From contig JBAUVQ010000204.1 in assembly GCA_049583305.1 (NCBI GenBank), positions 1 to 54,911 on the forward strand: DNA of 54,911 bases, in the 5' to 3' direction. The DNA comes from Methylocystis sp. GTDB taxonomy: Bacteria; Pseudomonadota; Alphaproteobacteria; Rhizobiales; Beijerinckiaceae. Positions 50,554 through 54,911 of the stretch are shown one piece after another. Position numbers and translations under genes: made by a program. Every line of letters begins with the position of its first letter. Positions within the stretch are counted from its first letter, which is position 1. Below the pieces are notes generated by a model that was given only the letters and a program-made list of their open reading frames with translations, was not told where the DNA came from and made no database searches.

Positions 50554-50850
50554 TCAGCCGAATTTGAACAGCACGCCATAGCCGCCGCGCGGATAGTTCC
50601 ATTCGATATCGCCGCTCGGCTCCGCGATGATGCGGCACGTGCCGCATTCGACGCAGCCGTCCGTCGCGATCTCGATCTGGCCGGCCGTGTTCATCTCATA
50701 GCAATGCGCCGGACAGACCTTGAGCAGACTCAAGAGTTGCGGCGAGGGCGTGGTGTGCGGGCGCACCTTGATGTGGGCGCGTCCGGCGTCGACGAGATAG
50801 CGATTGAGGTAGAGCTTGTCTTCGACGCGGACGGCTGCTTCTGCGCTCAT
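50554..50850 (-). CDS. fixX: Ferredoxin-like protein FixX
   Basis: [40 protein letters not shown]. Confidence 0.96.
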   Translation of the reverse strand: MSAEAAVRVEDKLYLNRYLVDAGRAHIKVRPHTTPSPQLLSLLKVCPAHCYEMNTAGQIEIATDGCVECGTCRIIAEPSGDIEWNYPRGGYGVLFKFG

Positions 50851-50885
50851 TGTCCTTCTCCGTTGCTAAAAGATTTCATCACCCG

Positions 50886-52193
50886 CTACTTCCATGCGCG
50901 CGCCAGTCGCACGGCGTCGCCGACCAAGCCCGTGAGCGAACGCGCCGCGATGAACGAGCGGAACGTGCTTTTCTCTTTTTCTCGCTTCGGCGTGCCGTCG
51001 ACGCGCAGGAAATTCGTCATCGCCTTGGAGACAAGCTGCGGATAGGTCAGGAAGAAGTTGTGCGCCTGGATATGCAGCAAATCCGGCATGTCCCGATATT
51101 TTTTCAGATCCTTCATGACGAACGAGTCGTCGAGCATCTTCTTGTAGAGCGCGAGATTTTCCTTGGTCATCGGCTCGCGGCGCGACTTGATTTGGAAGAT
51201 CGCCTCCGCGGCGAGACGCCCGGAGGTCATCGCAAGGTTGGAGCCTTCGCGATGTATCGCATTGTTGAGCTGCGCGGCGTCGCCGACGACGACCCAGCCG
51301 TCGCCAAAGAGCTGCGGAATGGCCTTGAAGCCCCCCTCGGGAATAAGATGCGCGGCGTATTCCTTGACTTCCGAGCCGGCGATCAGCGCCGCCACCGAGG
51401 GGTGCTGTTTGAATTTTTCGAGCAAGCTATAGGGCGTCGTCCCCGTCTTCTCGAAATCCGCGACGAGACAGCCGATGCCGAGCGATATCGATTCCCTGTT
51501 GGTGTAGATGAAGCCCATGCCGGTCATGCCTTCGGAGATCGTCCCGACCGCCTCGATGACCGCGCCCTCATCGCCGCGCAAATTGAAGCGCGCCTCTAAA
51601 GTTTCCTGCGGCAGGAAATGCATCTCCTTGACGGCGAGCGCGACGTTGTTTTTGTCAGGCGTCTTGCGCAGACCAGCCCGCGTGCCGAGTAGTCCGCTCA
51701 CGCCCTCCGCCAGCACGACCACGTCGGCGCCGACTTGTCCATTCTTGCGATCGGTGCGCACGCCGATAACTTTGCCGTAAGCGTCCTGAAGGAGCTCCAC
51801 CACGGTGGTCTCGCACAACACGACGGCGCCGGCCTGCCGCACCTTGGAGGAGAACCATTTGTCGAATTGCGCGCGAATGATCGTGTAGCGGTTCGGGCGC
51901 TCCTCGTTGAACTCATCGGAACGGTAGTGCAAACCGGTATGGGAATTATTGTCCATCATCCAGAAGCGCTGCTCGACGAGGTGTCGCTCGAGCGGCGCGT
52001 CTTCGCGGAAGTCAGGGATGAGCTTCTCCAGCATTTCGGAATAGAGGATCGCGCCCTGCACGTTCTTGGAGCCGGAATATTCGCCGCGCTCCAATTGCAG
52101 GACCTTCAGTCCCCTCTGCGCCAGCGTCAGCGCCGCCGCGTTGCCGGCCATGCCGGCGCCGACGACGATCGCGTCGAATCTTTCGTCGATCAT
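50886..52193 (-). CDS. fixC: ETF-quinone oxidoreductase FixC
   Basis: [49 protein letters not shown]. Confidence 0.96.
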   Translation of the reverse strand: MIDERFDAIVVGAGMAGNAAALTLAQRGLKVLQLERGEYSGSKNVQGAILYSEMLEKLIPDFREDAPLERHLVEQRFWMMDNNSHTGLHYRSDEFNEERPNRYTIIRAQFDKWFSSKVRQAGAVVLCETTVVELLQDAYGKVIGVRTDRKNGQVGADVVVLAEGVSGLLGTRAGLRKTPDKNNVALAVKEMHFLPQETLEARFNLRGDEGAVIEAVGTISEGMTGMGFIYTNRESISLGIGCLVADFEKTGTTPYSLLEKFKQHPSVAALIAGSEVKEYAAHLIPEGGFKAIPQLFGDGWVVVGDAAQLNNAIHREGSNLAMTSGRLAAEAIFQIKSRREPMTKENLALYKKMLDDSFVMKDLKKYRDMPDLLHIQAHNFFLTYPQLVSKAMTNFLRVDGTPKREKEKSTFRSFIAARSLTGLVGDAVRLARAWK

Positions 52194-52204
52194 GGGTCTC
52201 TCCC

Positions 52205-53308
52205 CTAGCTCGCGAGACGGTCGCGCTGATGCGGAGACAATCGTTTCGAGAAGGCTTCCGTGAGTGCAGGCAAAAGCCGTACCGCGTCGGTGACGATGCC
52301 CACATGGGCGAAGTCGAAGATCGGCGCGTTCTTGTCGGTGTTGATCGCGACGATGTAATCCGCGCCTTCGACGCCGACGCGATGCTGGATCGCCCCGGAG
52401 ATGCCGGCCGCGATGTAAAGCTTCGGACGGATCGTCTTGCCCGTCTGGCCGATCTGCCGGTCGGAGCTAACCCAACCCTTTTGCACGAGCGGCCGCGAAC
52501 AGCCGAACTCCCCGCCGATCGTCGAGGCCAGTTGCCGGACGAGTTGGAAGTTTTCCGGAGAACCGAGGCCGAGCCCGCCCGCCACGACGACGTCGGCGAA
52601 AGCCAGATTGGACTTCGTCGAGTCGCGGTCTGGCAGAAAGGACAACACTTTCGTGACAATGTCGTCTTCCACCATGCCGAGCGGATGTTCGACGACGCGG
52701 CCGAGCGGCTTTTCGACCCGCTCCGGCATCGGCATCACGCGCGGGCGCACGGTGGCCATTTGCGGGCGATAGTTCAACGTGAAGATCGTGCAGAGGAGCG
52801 ATCCGCCGAAAGTCGGCCGTGTCGCGGCCAGAGAGCCTTCGGCGTCAACGTCGAGCTCCGTGCAATCGGCGGTGAGGCCGGTCAAGAGCGTCGTGGCGAC
52901 GGAGCCGGCGAGATCGCGCCCGAGCGTCGTCGCGCCGAGCAGCAAAATTTCCGGCTGATAAGCGTTGACGAGGTCCGTCAGCGCCTTGGTGTAGCTTTCG
53001 TTGCGGTAATCCTTCAGGACGTCGTCCGCGACAAGATAGGCGAGGTCCGCCCCGTAGTTGAAGCTTTCGCGCACCACGGCTTGCGTCGCCTCGCCGCGCT
53101 CGCCGACGACGACCGCCGCGAGATCGACTCCGAGCTTGTTGGCGAGCACGCGTCCCGCGCCCATCAGCTCCCAAGAAACAGGATGCGCTTGGCCGCGCTC
53201 CTGCTCAATGAAAATCCAGACGTGCTTATAGGCCTTGAGATGAGCCGGCAGTTCCTTTTTCGCCGCCGCGCGCCCCGCCGGAGCAGGAGCCTTTGCCGTG
53301 TCGTTCAT
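52205..53308 (-). CDS. fixB: Electron transfer flavoprotein alpha subunit FixB
   Basis: [39 protein letters not shown]. Confidence 0.96.
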   Translation of the reverse strand: MNDTAKAPAPAGRAAAKKELPAHLKAYKHVWIFIEQERGQAHPVSWELMGAGRVLANKLGVDLAAVVVGERGEATQAVVRESFNYGADLAYLVADDVLKDYRNESYTKALTDLVNAYQPEILLLGATTLGRDLAGSVATTLLTGLTADCTELDVDAEGSLAATRPTFGGSLLCTIFTLNYRPQMATVRPRVMPMPERVEKPLGRVVEHPLGMVEDDIVTKVLSFLPDRDSTKSNLAFADVVVAGGLGLGSPENFQLVRQLASTIGGEFGCSRPLVQKGWVSSDRQIGQTGKTIRPKLYIAAGISGAIQHRVGVEGADYIVAINTDKNAPIFDFAHVGIVTDAVRLLPALTEAFSKRLSPHQRDRLAS

Positions 53309-53331
53309 GTGTTGCGCTCCCGTTTCAAAGA

Positions 53332-54174
53332 TCAGTAACCGCGCGCGAGCTGCTCGAGCTCCGCTTCGAGTTTCGGCCGCCGCTGGAACAGGGCCTCGAC
53401 GAAGGCGTCGCCGGGTTTCTCGCCGAGTTCGATGAATTCGGCTTTCTCCGCGCGGGGTTTTGGCGCGAAGACTTTCTTGACGATGGTCGGCGAGCCGCGC
53501 AGACCGCATTTGGCGATGTCCTCGACGCCGGCGTCTTTCGAGTTCCATGTGACGATCTTCGCCCGCGCCGCCTTCAGCGCGTCCGTCAACGAACCGACGC
53601 GCATTTCGTTGACCCCTTCGAGAACCGTGATCAGGCAAGGCATTTTGGTGCGCAGCTTCTGCACGCCGCCCTCGCTGCGCCGCTCGACCTCGATCGTCCC
53701 CGCCTCGATGTCGACCTTGTCGATATGCGAGACATAGGTGAGTTGCATCAATCCCAGCCGCTTGGCGACGCCTGGACCGACCTGCGCCGTGTCGCCGTCG
53801 ATGGTCTGCTTTCCGGTGAAGACGATGTCCGCGGGGCCGAATTCCACGCCGATCTTGCGAATGGCCGTCGCCAGCGCATAGGTCGTCGCGAGGGTGTCGG
53901 CGCCGGCGAAGAACCGATCCGTGAGCAGCACGGCGCGATCGGCGCCGAAGCTCAATGCTTTGCGCAGACTGTCCTCAGCCGAGGGCGGCCCCATCGTGAG
54001 GATCGTCACTTCGCCGCCGAGCTGCTGGCGCAGCCGCAGCGCCTCTTCGATCGCAAAAAGATCATAGGGGTTGATGATCGTCGGAACGCCCTGGCGCATG
54101 ATGGTGTTGGTGACCGGATGAACGCGAATTTGCGCCGAGTCGGGCACTTGCTTCATGCAGACGACGATATGCAT
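53332..54174 (-). CDS. fixA: Electron transfer flavoprotein beta subunit FixA
   Basis: [53 protein letters not shown]. Confidence 0.97.
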   Translation of the reverse strand: MHIVVCMKQVPDSAQIRVHPVTNTIMRQGVPTIINPYDLFAIEEALRLRQQLGGEVTILTMGPPSAEDSLRKALSFGADRAVLLTDRFFAGADTLATTYALATAIRKIGVEFGPADIVFTGKQTIDGDTAQVGPGVAKRLGLMQLTYVSHIDKVDIEAGTIEVERRSEGGVQKLRTKMPCLITVLEGVNEMRVGSLTDALKAARAKIVTWNSKDAGVEDIAKCGLRGSPTIVKKVFAPKPRAEKAEFIELGEKPGDAFVEALFQRRPKLEAELEQLARGY

Positions 54175-54205
54175 CGGAGTTGTCCTTTTCGGTGCGCTCA
54201 GGCGT

Positions 54206-54532
54206 TCATTTCAGAACGTTGAGCTGTACGAAGTTCGGCGCAGGCGCCGGTTTGACGGCGTCCTTGTGGACTTTGAACAGTCGCTCGTCGATCGGCGTGG
54301 ACTTCAGAAAATCCTGATAAGCGCGTTCAAGGAATTCCTTGCAGCGCGCCGTCATCGAAGACTCGTCCGCGTCGGAGAAATCCTCGCTGAAGAGATATTG
54401 ACCCATGCGCCGCAGTATGTGCAGGCGCGCGACGTTGACGACCTTCGGCTCATAGTCGACGCCGAGCAGCGTGAAGAAGTCCTCGGCGCAGGTCGCTTCC
54501 TTCAGTTGCAGCAGTATGGCGGGTTCGGACAT
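54206..54532 (-). CDS. nifW: Nitrogenase-stabilizing protein NifW
   Basis: AEDFF, YEPKVVNVARLHILRR, LERAYQDF, LFKV; directly upstream of fixA. Confidence 0.93.
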   Translation of the reverse strand: MSEPAILLQLKEATCAEDFFTLLGVDYEPKVVNVARLHILRRMGQYLFSEDFSDADESSMTARCKEFLERAYQDFLKSTPIDERLFKVHKDAVKPAPAPNFVQLNVLK

Positions 54533-54542
54533 GACATCTCCT

Positions 54543-54911
54543 TCATATAATGCGCGGCGTCTCCGCCTTGGGCATTGCGCTTTCGTGCGACTTGCCACTT
54601 TTGTCGCGCTCGCGCAGACGCCGTTGCAGATGCGACACTCGCGTTTCCAGAAACTCGACTCGGTCCAGTAGGACCGAAAAGGCTTCGCCGACCGGATCGG
54701 GCATCAGATGATGATTGAGGTTGATGCGGCCATCGATGGCGCGGCGCCCGATGTCGCGATGCACGATTTTCGCTGGAATCCCGACCACCGTCGCGTCGCG
54801 CGTCACGCTTTCGATCACCACGGAATTGGCGCCGATGCGCGCATTGCGGCCGATGGTGATGGGTCCGAGGATTTTGGCGCCCGCCCCGACGATCACGCCG
54901 TCTTCGAGCGT
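54543..54911 (-). CDS. cysE: Serine O-acetyltransferase, nif-associated (5' end outside window)
   Basis: [21 protein letters not shown]...IGANSVV...TVVGIPA...HHLMPDPV; upstream of nifW. Confidence 0.9.
   Translation of the reverse strand, partial: TLEDGVIVGAGAKILGPITIGRNARIGANSVVIESVTRDATVVGIPAKIVHRDIGRRAIDGRINLNHHLMPDPVGEAFSVLLDRVEFLETRVSHLQRRLRERDKSGKSHESAMPKAETPRII

Noticed and set aside
1..54911. Many long overlapping or antisense ORFs; CRISPR arrays, IS transposases, phage genes
   Set aside because: The alternative ORFs are Arg/Ala/Pro-rich GC shadow frames of real genes; no repeat-spacer array, transposase or integrase was recognised

Overview
GC-rich alphaproteobacterial (Rhizobiales/Hyphomicrobiales-type) chromosomal segment; gene content and order suggest a diazotrophic Methylocystaceae-like organism, but that taxonomic call is inference. 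About 1-22.9 kb is mostly housekeeping: kup, mutM, rhomboid, PAS and PilZ proteins, glpK, 6S RNA with 5-formyl-THF cyclo-ligase, extensin, dxs, DUF2232-rplI, tamAB, a phosphoesterase and a VanZ-like gene. A tRNA-Arg(ACG) followed by an integrase-less attachment-site-like remnant opens an accessory block (23-38 kb) with Thr/Met catabolism, two more secreted phosphoesterases (one frameshifted) and a galM-GH42-galK-galT cluster. From 38 kb to the end lies the flank of a nif cluster: modD divergent from a YqeB-like/DUF2478/YkgJ/YqeB-like module carrying two ModE/Mop-type Mo-boxes and two sigma54 promoters; a hypothetical-ArsC(NifO/DraB-like)-TPR-less O-GlcNAc-transferase operon; a SagB-type nitroreductase coupled to an AAA ATPase; truncated hemoglobin plus cytochrome c; then GST, fixXCBA, nifW and cysE. 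The best candidates for undescribed biology are the Mo-box/sigma54-controlled double-YqeB module and the ArsC/GT41 operon.
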